Of a stretch of DNA of 64,000 nt, positions 40,801 to 49,902 are shown piece after piece. Origin of the DNA: Promethearchaeati archaeon. Its GTDB lineage: Archaea; Asgardarchaeota; Heimdallarchaeia; Heimdallarchaeales; Heimdallarchaeaceae. The position numbers and the translations under genes are program-made. Within the stretch, counting starts at the first letter, position 1. Each line of letters starts with the position of its first letter. Below the pieces are notes generated by a model. It searched no databases, was not told the DNA's origin, and worked only from the letters and a program-made list of their open reading frames with translations. The stretch lies in the NCBI GenBank assembly GCA_013166775.1, contig JABLTJ010000008.1, positions 32,001 to 96,000 on the forward strand. Direction: 5' to 3'.

Positions 40801-42159
40801 ATTCACTTCATTACCTATGGAAATGCTGTAGTTTTTTGGATTTCTTACATTTATTGATGGATGACGACTAATTAGTTCTACTTCTATATTATTTGTCTCA
40901 CTCGTTGTAAACGCTATTGATTTCCCGTAGACCTCATATTCAAATTCAGCGAAATAACTTCCATTACTTACAGAGATAAATGCTTCACCGTTCTCATCAG
41001 AATAAGTACGATATGTTTTCGCACCTGTTACTTTTTCATGTTTATCTTGACTAAAAACATCTATTTCCACTCCTTCTATTGGCTCATCTTCATCAGTAAT
41101 TACTCTAAAATTAAGGTTTCTTTGAATATATGGAACAAGAACTGTAATTATCCTGTCAATTCCTAAAATTAATTCCATAGGTTCAGAAAGTAATCCTTCC
41201 ACATCCGCTTGTATTTCGTACTCACCAAATGGAAGAGTAACAGAAATCGAATTGGAATTGAAAATGATTTCTTCTTTGATTACATTACCTTTTCCACTCC
41301 TGATGTATACGGTTGCATTTAAATTCACTATATTATTAGGTGTAGCAATATTCACAGTGAGTTGATATTCACTAGTTACAATTTCCCTGACTCTTTCTTT
41401 TGATACCTGATTTAGATCAATTTTAACACGTATGTGAGTTATATAGTTTGAAGATTCGAATGCAAAGAATTGTCCTATCCAGAGCGGGGCAATAATCTCA
41501 TCATCTAGAAGTGTATTTGTTACAAAGATCGATTTGATTTTGAATTCCATCACTGCATTTGATCTTGTGGAGTACACTACAAATAAATCACCTACTTCCA
41601 AATTATTCCTACTAGCGAATTTGGTCCCTATACTGATTTCATAGGTATCATTGCGGTCTAGAGGTGCTCCATCAATATAGTTAACATCCGTAAATTCCCA
41701 GAATTTGTTTATATCTACACCGCGAAAGTAAACTGCTTTATCTTTGTACACTGCAGCTGTCATGACTTCTGGACTTACATCCATAACACCTGGAACTGTT
41801 CTAACTGTTTCAGCTAATTCTAAAGGCAATATACTTGTATAAGGAGTAGAAGCTAGAGGATTAGATATTACAAGAATGTTCTCACTTTCTCCAAGATAAG
41901 ATGAAGTCGCATCTATTATACTATCCATGAGAATAGCTCCACCTGTTATTATAGTAGAGCTTATGAGAAAACCTAGAAATGCAATGAAGATTCTTTTCTT
42001 TGGAAGAATGTTGTATAAGAAGATCTGGTGTAAGAACTGTTGAAAAGTGTCGATAAGATAGTGAAAAGCATGGAAAATTCCGCGGAAAACGGGACGAATA
42101 AGGGAGTAAAAAATATAGCGGAAAAAGACCTTGATAGGTATAAGTAAATCAGTCATCAT
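37846..42159 (-). CDS. Giant MacB/FtsX-family ABC permease with a large Ig-like repeat insertion
   Basis: N-terminal TM plus MacB-like core (VSPE, RGVD, ISIG); repeated Y.WD/G.H.L and DLAGN motifs; C-terminal ESRRETTIVRMIGG plus TM helices. Confidence 0.8.
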   Translation of the reverse strand: MMTDLLIPIKVFFRYIFYSLIRPVFRGIFHAFHYLIDTFQQFLHQIFLYNILPKKRIFIAFLGFLISSTIITGGAILMDSIIDATSSYLGESENILVISNPLASTPYTSILPLELAETVRTVPGVMDVSPEVMTAAVYKDKAVYFRGVDINKFWEFTDVNYIDGAPLDRNDTYEISIGTKFASRNNLEVGDLFVVYSTRSNAVMEFKIKSIFVTNTLLDDEIIAPLWIGQFFAFESSNYITHIRVKIDLNQVSKERVREIVTSEYQLTVNIATPNNIVNLNATVYIRSGKGNVIKEEIIFNSNSISVTLPFGEYEIQADVEGLLSEPMELILGIDRIITVLVPYIQRNLNFRVITDEDEPIEGVEIDVFSQDKHEKVTGAKTYRTYSDENGEAFISVSNGSYFAEFEYEVYGKSIAFTTSETNNIEVELISRHPSINVRNPKNYSISIGNEVNVSISATRGYSIYYYADGNFGDLREYYIAEEGEIAPPGILVPFDEGVHSITVIVFNKDYPGSEDRSKNYGETTVFFSVSHSLPENLIFSNAVNGTHLPPSTTLFLNTSLCVCQTAIYKWNNEAWNILTGYEIKSPSEIGIHKLIVKAATGTESKEWIFFFIIENSPQKIGLIGLPIHYQIMGGEELHVWYEFAATIAQYRWDTQLDTSIPPGFTIPTASLNEGNHTLYLSVYVLSQWHNRSYDLTIDNSAPNITLSYVNQTILEAGENIFYDSNETLSWLKYSWDSLPYSFDYKNKIKVPVENGVHSLNITACDLAGNIVKYYYEFTTENFTGSTPIDFYLLYELDGIISQGFIDIEVFSNTPVFTIEYLIEGSITVQGLLEQPKRIYLFPGDYNLTIKYAVNIFESRARKWSFTIIDGFNSSYLYSTTVNSSYSGDISIYFPYYDYNETIDGETSLHLTDGNFFAISYQIGMIENIHEQWLIIDTTLPQIKINSPQKGEGESIVLLDLDSDATEILFQLDNEDTVYVYDRLYYLEYSVDGKHTLKFTLTDSYYNQRMVSYSFITGLTYANVNLTLQEIIGDLFVPLQDLTISIKSYYNDTVWQGITNEEGVISFDIFTGKYNVSFNYKSKQYMYELKTSEGLTREISVGRLNATINVQDIYANYPMNHVSLVIRDTSGNRIRTLVTDSNGQYFTQFFNGDYICYYKIQSKIYSIPFQIYSNNQEVYLKIISPKREVFFDFRYDNGSLVYNIPLIFNTTIDGEIHTTTGLYSGVSLWISYSLVNVTVTLKSGEILELRRSFEPGKETITIILPTVTEEQWLKIPFKPIAGFAFIISASLEYMDYYLKGSLLFTYTLAYAEVILILLVVIVNMYSILQNVFKESRRETTIVRMIGGTNLNTIMAIFSRIGFVSLIASLIGYGIGTAVIKLLANVNQTVFFGHTFSPSGGGGLFLLNMALILLTALISSILIARKTKKIKKITYTRR

Positions 42160-43331
42160 AGATCCTCCCTTATAACCTTGATTTTTGCAGCTTCAATTGA
42201 AGGATAAATTCCTGATACTATGGATAAAGAAACCGAGAGAAGGAAAATTATTCCTATGAGACTCCCATTAATGTTTAACGCTATAAATGGCAGCCCAGTT
42301 ATAGCTGATACAACAGCTACAATTCCGCTTACACTTAGGTAACCTACTATAATCGCAAGAATACCTGCAATCACTCCAATAAATAAGGATTGTATCATAA
42401 AGAGGAGAATAATGTGAAATTTAGTTGAGCCTATAGACCTTAAGACAAATATCTCTTCTTCACTTTCTTTAACCAAAGTATAAATGCTGTAAGTTATCGA
42501 AACCAGCATTAAAACAAAGAATAGTATCTCTAAGAGTGTAAGTGTTCTAATAACCTCATCTGTAGCGTAAATTATGAAATTTTGAGTTTGTTTTTCTTCA
42601 GTTAGCTCTAAATTTTTAAATTCAGCTTGAATTTCACTTATGATTGTTCCTACCTCTCTGGTATCCATAATATATAATTCAATAAAAGATACAAAATTCA
42701 AGGCTGTATTAAACTCAAAATTGTCTATAGAAGCTAGTATTTCAATATCGAATTCTTGGCCTGATTCAATAATATTCGTAATAGTGAAACTATCATTCAC
42801 TACTGTATCAGCAATTTCGTTTAGCTGAATTACATCGCTTTTGACCTCTATTTCTGCTCCTACTCCTGCTGATAGCATACTCTTTAATTGTTGTCCCATA
42901 ATTATTTCATCTTTATCAGGTGTAATTAGGGTATACGAGTAACTATGTCTCTGATACAGTTCGAACGTTGTGAAATTCAATAGTCTTAAATGTGTATTAA
43001 TTTTCTTTTCCGTTTCTCCTACGACTGAAACCTCAAAATACAATTGGGGAAGAATAATATCAACATTTGGAGTTTTTTCTGAATATTCCTCTAAAAAGCT
43101 TAAAACTTCCAAATCGATTCTACTCTCTGAAAGACTTTGACCTCCTTCTGTTATCAGAAGAAAGTTGGATGGTTGAACAATAGAAGCCATACCACTTATA
43201 TTGGCTGCATAACCCCCAACTAGAAGTACAGTAGCGATATATATCACTAATGCTAAGGTAAGTGTAATTATTGCTTGAAATGTCCTCTTCCTATTATGAA
43301 AAAAGAACCGTACAACAAATCTTAACATCAC
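42156..43331 (-). CDS. MacB/FtsX-family ABC permease
   Basis: ESEEEIFVLRSIGST, SGIYPS; 4-TM architecture; ATGA overlap with the downstream gene. Confidence 0.85.
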   Translation of the reverse strand: MMLRFVVRFFFHNRKRTFQAIITLTLALVIYIATVLLVGGYAANISGMASIVQPSNFLLITEGGQSLSESRIDLEVLSFLEEYSEKTPNVDIILPQLYFEVSVVGETEKKINTHLRLLNFTTFELYQRHSYSYTLITPDKDEIIMGQQLKSMLSAGVGAEIEVKSDVIQLNEIADTVVNDSFTITNIIESGQEFDIEILASIDNFEFNTALNFVSFIELYIMDTREVGTIISEIQAEFKNLELTEEKQTQNFIIYATDEVIRTLTLLEILFFVLMLVSITYSIYTLVKESEEEIFVLRSIGSTKFHIILLFMIQSLFIGVIAGILAIIVGYLSVSGIVAVVSAITGLPFIALNINGSLIGIIFLLSVSLSIVSGIYPSIEAAKIKVIREDL

Positions 43332-43421
43332 TAATCACATTGCTCTTCCTACTATCTAAAAACTGTCGATATAAAAGTTTCTAAAAGAGAAAAAGATTGG
43401 TTATCCTCCCAGGTATAATGA

Positions 43422-44744
43422 TCACATCGGAGCTACTAATACAAAGTAAATTAATCTTTGAATTATTAGTGTCAAATAGATTGCTACACCAACAGCAAAA
43501 AGTGATGGGACTCTTGTTTTTGATGGAGTTACTCTGTTTACTCCCAGACCTAAGTATAACAGAAAACCATAGAAGAATATATTCACAGGAATACCTGTAA
43601 TCAGCTGATAGAGAGCAGTTATTTGTTCTGTTCTCCAAATCTCTCTATCTCTCGGATGAAATCCTACTGCTTCAAGATACTTAACTCCTGCAAAAATATA
43701 ACATATTATTAGGATGAACATAGCAATGGATGCTATGTAAACAGCATTTCTGTATATTTTTCTCCACTTTCTTTCTCCCAATAAAAGTGAATAAATTAGT
43801 GGAAAAACAAACACCCAAGTAGCCCAAGTTAGTAGTCCAATTATCATCTGATCTAATATATCACTAGAAAGGGGATCTGCGAAATTAAAAGGTTGGTCCA
43901 ATTCTGGAAATAGCCCTCCTGGAAAGAGTGGAAACACTGTTAATTCAGTGAAATATCCTCCAGAAAATATCATAAAGCTTGTATAAATCAGAAACGAAAC
44001 AAGAATTGTAAACAAGAAGTAATTTGGAAGCAATTCCGAATAGCTTGCTCTTGTTGGTCTAGCTATATAATCTCTTGAGAATCTAAAAATATCTTTAACA
44101 TGTGTAAACTTGAACAACAAAAACACTGCTATAGCTGGAATCGCTACTACTGCTATCAGTAATAAAAGGTATAACACAAAGCCGACTGGGTCACCAATTT
44201 TAATCAGCAAATTATCCCAAACAAAAGTCTTAATGCCGAATTCTGGCATTCCTAGGATTGGAGGAGAACCAAAAATTAATAATGTATACCAGCATAAAGC
44301 TAATGTTACAAAAACTGTTGAAAGATAATCCCAAATCCTAAATTTCCGTTTTTGTGTATCAAGATACCAGAGTTTCTTGTAGATGATTTCAGTAGCATCA
44401 ACTTCAAAATCTGTTAAAACTAGCCCATCGATTCGGAGCTCACCATACTTTTCAAAGAATCTTTTGGAAATCATACCAAGAAGTTCGTATGTATCCTTAA
44501 CATCCATTCTCTTATCTACAGTGAGAACGAAGAGTAAATCACCTTCTTCCTCTTGGAAAATAATTCTAGAGGTAATAAGCTCGAACTCGGAAATTTTTTC
44601 TCTTTGAGTTTCAGAAGCCATGGAGTAAATCGCACTCATCAACCCTCCAGTCAGTGCAACATCAACAGCTTCTTCAGTTTTTTCAAATTCTTGACTATAA
44701 AATATCTGACCATAAGTTGTAAGAATCAGAAGATTTTTTATCAC
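43422..44744 (-). CDS. Longin-like domain fused to a 7-TM membrane domain
   Basis: N-terminal LLIL..YGQIFYS...LTGGLMSAIYSMA...LLFVL...RFFEKYG longin pattern, followed by seven hydrophobic segments. Confidence 0.65.
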   Translation of the reverse strand: MIKNLLILTTYGQIFYSQEFEKTEEAVDVALTGGLMSAIYSMASETQREKISEFELITSRIIFQEEEGDLLFVLTVDKRMDVKDTYELLGMISKRFFEKYGELRIDGLVLTDFEVDATEIIYKKLWYLDTQKRKFRIWDYLSTVFVTLALCWYTLLIFGSPPILGMPEFGIKTFVWDNLLIKIGDPVGFVLYLLLLIAVVAIPAIAVFLLFKFTHVKDIFRFSRDYIARPTRASYSELLPNYFLFTILVSFLIYTSFMIFSGGYFTELTVFPLFPGGLFPELDQPFNFADPLSSDILDQMIIGLLTWATWVFVFPLIYSLLLGERKWRKIYRNAVYIASIAMFILIICYIFAGVKYLEAVGFHPRDREIWRTEQITALYQLITGIPVNIFFYGFLLYLGLGVNRVTPSKTRVPSLFAVGVAIYLTLIIQRLIYFVLVAPM

Positions 44745-44857
44745 AGTTTATTCCCCTTTCTTATATCTCTCTATATGAAAACTCTAGGCTAAAAATCTTG
44801 TGGCGAAAAAAACAACATGTGTGAGTTGTTTATTAGAAGAGGAGAAAGTGGAGGAAA

Positions 44858-46111
44858 TTATGTTCCTTCAAAATATGCATCTTTATATTTTTCTTGTTCT
44901 GATGAAAGTTTATCTATTTTATACCCCATCAATTTTAGTTTCAAACCAGCAATCCTTTCATCTTGTTCTCTTGGAATATCATAAACGATATTTTCTAATT
45001 TTTTCCCCGATTCAGCAAGATAGATTAAGCTCAGTAACTGATTTGCGAAAGACATATCCATCACCTCTGAAGGGTGTCCTTCAGCTGCAGATAAATTAAC
45101 GAGTCTTCCTTTTGCAAGCAGATAGATTTTTCGACCGTCCTCCAGAGTATATTCTTCATTATTTTCTCTTAATTCTCTTTTTGATTTTGATAGATTTTCA
45201 AGTTCCCCAATATTAATTTCAACATCATAGTGACCTGTATTGCAAATTATAGCTCCATCCTTCATCTTTTCAAAATGCTTACCTACAAGAATATCTTTCA
45301 TACCAGTTGCTGTAATGAAAAGATCACCCTTGCTGGAAGCTTCATCCATTTTCATGACTCTAAATCCATCCATAGCAGCTTTCAAAGCTTGAATTGGGTC
45401 TACTTCTGTTATGATTACATCAGCTCCCAAACCTGAAGCATTTTTAGCTAATCCCCTTCCACAATGTCCATAGCCTGCAATTACAACTATTTTTCCTGCA
45501 ATAATAATATTAGTTGATCTTAATACACCATCTAAAGTTGATTGACCTGTACCATAGTAATTGTCGAAATCACTTTTTGTCTCAGCATCGTTAACCGCAA
45601 CAATTGGGTAAAGTAATTTTTTTGCTCTATCCATAGCTCTCAATCGATGGACGCCCGTTGTGGTTTCCTCTGTTCCCCCAATGATACCTTCTGCTAACTC
45701 TTGAAAATCTGAATGCACTCTAAAAATAAGATCTGCTCCATCATCTAACGTTAATGTGGGTTTGAATTCTAGAACTTTATCTATTGCCCAGTAAAAATCT
45801 TCAGTTGTCATTCCATACCAAGCAAAGATTGGAATATCCTCAGCTGCAAGAGCAGCTGCTATATCATCTTTTGTTGATAAAGGATTGCAACCACTCCATG
45901 CTACTTCAGCTCCAGCTTTAGTCAATGTTTCTACAAGAACTGCGGTTTCTTTTGTAACATGAAGACAACCAGCAATCTTCATTCCTTTGAGCGGTTTTGT
46001 TTCGCTAAATTTCTTACGTAATTCCATTAAAACAGGCATTCTTGATTCTGCCCAATCAATTTTCTTTCTTCCTTGTTCAGCTAAATTTATGTCCTTTATC
46101 TTATAGACCAT
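44858..46111 (-). CDS. ahcY: Adenosylhomocysteinase
   Basis: GCLHVTKET, CNPLST, DDGAD, EETTTG, GYGHCG, GRLVNL..AEGHP. Confidence 0.97.
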   Translation of the reverse strand: MVYKIKDINLAEQGRKKIDWAESRMPVLMELRKKFSETKPLKGMKIAGCLHVTKETAVLVETLTKAGAEVAWSGCNPLSTKDDIAAALAAEDIPIFAWYGMTTEDFYWAIDKVLEFKPTLTLDDGADLIFRVHSDFQELAEGIIGGTEETTTGVHRLRAMDRAKKLLYPIVAVNDAETKSDFDNYYGTGQSTLDGVLRSTNIIIAGKIVVIAGYGHCGRGLAKNASGLGADVIITEVDPIQALKAAMDGFRVMKMDEASSKGDLFITATGMKDILVGKHFEKMKDGAIICNTGHYDVEINIGELENLSKSKRELRENNEEYTLEDGRKIYLLAKGRLVNLSAAEGHPSEVMDMSFANQLLSLIYLAESGKKLENIVYDIPREQDERIAGLKLKLMGYKIDKLSSEQEKYKDAYFEGT

Positions 46112-46208
46112 GATTTAAACAAATATTAGTTTCTTAAAAATATGTCGAGAACAGTGATGTGTACTAGTAAACATAACATTAATTTAATACTGTTTTCAGC
46201 TGAACGTA

Positions 46209-46919
46209 ATGATAGAGAAAACTTCACCACTTATTATAGCGCATAGAGGTTCATCAGAAGAAGCTTATGAGAATTCAATGGAAGCTTTCAATCTTGCAGT
46301 TTCACAGAAAGCTGATATGATAGAATTAGATTCTCATTTAACTAGTGATGGTATTTTCATAATACACCATGATAAAAATATTGTATTTGAAAATAAAAAA
46401 TATCTAATAAAAGAAACTCCATTCAAAGTTATAGAAAAGATACAATTGCCAAATGGTGAGAGTATTCCAATTTTGGAAGACGTTTTAAATGATTTATTAC
46501 CAAACATTCAATTTAACATTGAGATCAAGTGCAAGATAAACAAGCAAGAACTAGATATTTTACTCAAGAGAGTTGGACAAGATAATACCAGAATTGTCGT
46601 CAGTTCTTTTAGAAGAGATGTTATGCATGAATTGAAATCTTCAAACATGGAATACAGATTAGCTTTTCTTTATATGATTCCAAGTACTGTAAGTAGGAGA
46701 ATGTCTGATAAAAGTTATATTCACTCCTTGAATGCTTATCACAAATTCCTTTCCTCCAGAATTATTGAACTATATCACAAAAAGAACAAAGAAGTAAACG
46801 CTTGGACAGTCAATAGGGAAGATGACATTAAGAAGTTTGTAAGATTGGGAGTAAACGGTATAATTACAGATCATCCACCTAGAGCTATGAAAATAATTAA
46901 ATCAATTAATCAAGTCTAA
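46209..46919 (+). CDS. Glycerophosphodiester phosphodiesterase
   Basis: IAHRG, ENS, ELD, HHD, NIEIK, SSF, WTVN, ITD. Confidence 0.92.
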   Translation: MIEKTSPLIIAHRGSSEEAYENSMEAFNLAVSQKADMIELDSHLTSDGIFIIHHDKNIVFENKKYLIKETPFKVIEKIQLPNGESIPILEDVLNDLLPNIQFNIEIKCKINKQELDILLKRVGQDNTRIVVSSFRRDVMHELKSSNMEYRLAFLYMIPSTVSRRMSDKSYIHSLNAYHKFLSSRIIELYHKKNKEVNAWTVNREDDIKKFVRLGVNGIITDHPPRAMKIIKSINQV

Positions 46920-47632
46920 TCTTCAATTCTCTTGATTAAAGAGAACGTATATTCTTGCCAATCTGTGATAGAATTTATCCTTTCGAAAGTTTTTTTCATA
47001 TCAACATCTTCTACATAAAATATCATACTAACGATTTCAGGAGTGAAGCCATTCTCTATGACACCTCGGTAATCTTTAGGCTCTTCAATAATCTCTAGTT
47101 GATATGTGTCATTCTTTGAAACCATCAGCTCAATGAGCTCAGGTTTGATTCCCTTTTCAATTGTATTGTAAATTTGTATGAACTCTGTTTTCTTAGCTAG
47201 TTCTTTGCTGACCCTAAGCATTGAGGAGGAGTACCCCCCCTCATCAATGAAACTTGGGATTAACCAAAACGATTGACTTGGAAGAGTTATTTCTATATTG
47301 GAAACCTTGTTCTTATCTTTGATACTCTCTATATCCTGTATCAGTTGATTAGCGGTAGTAATATTTTGGTGAGTTTTCATAATTACTATCTCATCAACAA
47401 TTAGAGAATCGATTGTTTTCTCTGATTCTTCATCTTGTTCTTTTTCTAGAAACCAGATAAGATATCCTATTTTTTCACTGTCTTGCTTAATCAAGTTAAT
47501 TTTTGCTTTCTTTGTAAGAAAAGTAGAATCAATCAAATCTTGTGGTGAAATGTCCTTCCCATAAATCTCTTTGAGTACGTTCTTTAAATCAGTAGAAGCT
47601 TCTGGATTGGAAAGCTCTTCTAATGTCATCAA
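46916..47632 (-). CDS. Hypothetical protein, possibly a degenerate GNAT fold
   Basis: KIGYL..VDEIVI...QLI pattern, but the acetyl-CoA G-x-G motif is absent. Confidence 0.55.
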   Translation of the reverse strand: MMTLEELSNPEASTDLKNVLKEIYGKDISPQDLIDSTFLTKKAKINLIKQDSEKIGYLIWFLEKEQDEESEKTIDSLIVDEIVIMKTHQNITTANQLIQDIESIKDKNKVSNIEITLPSQSFWLIPSFIDEGGYSSSMLRVSKELAKKTEFIQIYNTIEKGIKPELIELMVSKNDTYQLEIIEEPKDYRGVIENGFTPEIVSMIFYVEDVDMKKTFERINSITDWQEYTFSLIKRIED

Positions 47633-47744
47633 AAACTTGTAACGCTTTTAATAAATAAAGGTGACCATTCAATCTAATTCAATTCTTTAAGTGAACTGAA
47701 TTTTGAGATAATCAAAAGAAAGGAAAAAAAGGGTTTTACTCCGC

Positions 47745-48152
47745 TTATGATGGAGTAAATACTGCTGTACCTATTGCTGTACTTTCACCAGAAGAGAAGT
47801 TTATTGTTAATGTATATTCTATTCCAATTGTAAAAGATCCAGTAAAAACTATCTGTTTTGTAGCACCGTTTGATATCGAAAACGGTTCTGTTGAATCTAA
47901 TACAAGATACGATACTATTGGAGATGCAGATACATCCGTATACAGTATATCGTTACCTTCAGCTTGGATTGTAATAGTGACTGTATAGTTTAAACCATCA
48001 CCTGCTAAAACAACGTTGGATTCTTGAACAATTGCTTTTGGTGCTGGATTTAGCATAGGTATAACAACTAAAAATACAATTGCTGCTGCAGCTGTTACCA
48101 GAGCAATAAGTAGAATTGTTGCGATTACTGGAGATACACCACGTTTTTTCAT
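47745..48152 (-). CDS. Archaeal type IV pilin (class III signal peptide)
   Basis: MKKRG/VSPVIATILLIALVTAAAAIV prepilin cleavage motif. Confidence 0.88.
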   Translation of the reverse strand: MKKRGVSPVIATILLIALVTAAAAIVFLVVIPMLNPAPKAIVQESNVVLAGDGLNYTVTITIQAEGNDILYTDVSASPIVSYLVLDSTEPFSISNGATKQIVFTGSFTIGIEYTLTINFSSGESTAIGTAVFTPS

Positions 48153-48203
48153 AAATTTATACTCCTTTAGATTTTAAAGTAGTCAATTCTTTTTATGTTT
48201 CTT

Positions 48204-48221
48204 GTTACTTAAAAAAGTAAC
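48204..48221. promoter_or_regulatory. Palindrome GTTACTT-AAAA-AAGTAAC overlapping the probable pilin TATA region
   Basis: Perfect 7-bp arms about 50 nt upstream of the pilin ATG in a divergent intergenic region. Confidence 0.35.
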
Positions 48222-48294
48222 GATAGTATTAAGCGAGCATTTGGACAAAGTCTCTAATTCACGGTCTTTTGCTAATTAACAATGGTTTATATTA

Positions 48295-49017
48295 GTGTAT
48301 GTGTTAAGATTATTGAAGAAAATGGACACTACTGCTAATATAATTTTTAGATCAATTAGCGCGATATATGAAAGCGCAATTAGTGGTAGTGCTCTTTATC
48401 CAACTTTATATTTTGAAGATAATGAGAGAGACAATACATACTATGGTTTTAGATTAAATGAGGTTATTCCTACTAGATTAATAATACGAACATATGAAGA
48501 AGGAAAAAGTTGTTTTGTTGATATGCTGTGGTTTGTGGATGATTCCAAGATCGAAGGTAAAGGTTGTGTAACATTTTACCCAAAAAGTAATGAGATCGCT
48601 GTGAAAGGAGATTCGAAGGATTTTATTTCTAAACTTCAATCTGATGCAACAATTGAAGCATGTTACAAAGATCTTATTGAACCATCTGGATTTCTGAATA
48701 AAGTAATTGTGGGTACTAAGAACTCTTGTCCTTCAAAACTCCAAAACGAAACTAAATTGAATCTTAGTAATTTACCAACAAATCTATTTGCTTTTTCCAG
48801 ATCTACTTTGAATCTAAAGAAAATCAAAGATGAATCTTATCAAGATGTTGCTATTAATGGTTTTCTTGCTGTAATCGATTTATTACACAGATCATTGGAA
48901 ATACTCAGCTCTCATGCTCAGACAAAACTAGATAGCAAAACATTCTGCATACGATGTGGTGAAAAACTCCCAACAGATTCATATTTCTGCCCAATTTGTG
49001 GAACAAAACAGGGATGA
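48295..49017 (+). CDS. Hypothetical protein with C-terminal zinc ribbon; likely ATG at 48322
   Basis: FCIRCG..LP...FCPICGTK. Confidence 0.75.
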   Translation: MYVLRLLKKMDTTANIIFRSISAIYESAISGSALYPTLYFEDNERDNTYYGFRLNEVIPTRLIIRTYEEGKSCFVDMLWFVDDSKIEGKGCVTFYPKSNEIAVKGDSKDFISKLQSDATIEACYKDLIEPSGFLNKVIVGTKNSCPSKLQNETKLNLSNLPTNLFAFSRSTLNLKKIKDESYQDVAINGFLAVIDLLHRSLEILSSHAQTKLDSKTFCIRCGEKLPTDSYFCPICGTKQG

Positions 49018-49034
49018 GTTTTCCGCAATATCTT

Positions 49035-49370
49035 TTAAGTGTGATATAATATCTCTGCTTTTTCAATTAGTTCTAAAGTATCAGTTTGATTAGCTAGATC
49101 CCTTGCATTAGGTGAAAAATTATTTGCTACTACAAAACCTCCACTAAGATTTGATCTTTGTATTATACGTTCTATGTGAATTATTTTATCAGTACCCACA
49201 GACCTTTTCCAATCTAAAATCCACACCCCTACGAGAAGTTCTTTGATTATTATTATAAATTCGATTGAATGTTTAGGAGGTCCCTGAATCAAGGATAAAT
49301 TATGAGTAATATTTCCAAAATTCTTCAAGTATTCTAGAGCTAATTCGATTAGAGGTTTATCTCGGTCCAT
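49035..49370 (-). CDS. Mrr-type restriction-endonuclease-fold protein, probably inactive
   Basis: DWKRSVG...GFVVANNFS..A..LA matches the Mrr-cat C-terminal half; D...(E/Q)xK not conserved. Confidence 0.55.
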   Translation of the reverse strand: MDRDKPLIELALEYLKNFGNITHNLSLIQGPPKHSIEFIIIIKELLVGVWILDWKRSVGTDKIIHIERIIQRSNLSGGFVVANNFSPNARDLANQTDTLELIEKAEILYHT

Positions 49371-49477
49371 AAGTCACACGCAGACAAAGTTAACAACTAT
49401 TAAAATATTTGTATGAATTATTTCGAATTTTGTCGGGATTTTTATTGAATTTACATGACTTTTAGTTCTCTTAAATT

Positions 49478-49804
49478 CTATTCCTCAACTTCAATCTCTA
49501 TACTTTTAGTATTGCAATGAACCGTCCACTTTCCACCTGATAAAAATGTAAGTAAAAATTCTTTCTTAAAATCCTTTATTACTTGAATAGCAATAGTATT
49601 TGGTTCCTTCTTTGCAAATAATCGAATTTTAACTATTTTTCTATCTTCATCAAAATCCAGAGTTTCAGGTAATAATTTCCATGAAGGATCACCTAGATAT
49701 CCTTTAACAATTAGAGTTGTTTGAACTCCTCTTTTTATTTCTTCTTGAAAAATCAATTCTGTAATACTAGCTGCTTTCTGAAATTTTTTCATCAAAAGAA
49801 TCAA
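49478..49804 (-). CDS. Hypothetical small beta-sandwich protein
   Basis: 108-aa ORF rich in predicted beta strands. Confidence 0.6.
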   Translation of the reverse strand: MILLMKKFQKAASITELIFQEEIKRGVQTTLIVKGYLGDPSWKLLPETLDFDEDRKIVKIRLFAKKEPNTIAIQVIKDFKKEFLLTFLSGGKWTVHCNTKSIEIEVEE

Positions 49805-49902
49805 GAAAACTCTGAATATAAATTTAGTTATCGATTTTTGTAAAACAACACGCTATCTAATAAAAGGAAATGTTTTATAGTATCTGATATACAAAAAGAA
49901 TA

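Noticed and set aside
43422-44744. Rhodopsin or GPCR identity for the 7-TM region
   Set aside because: No retinal-binding Lys in the last helix and no recognisable GPCR motifs; helix count alone is not evidence
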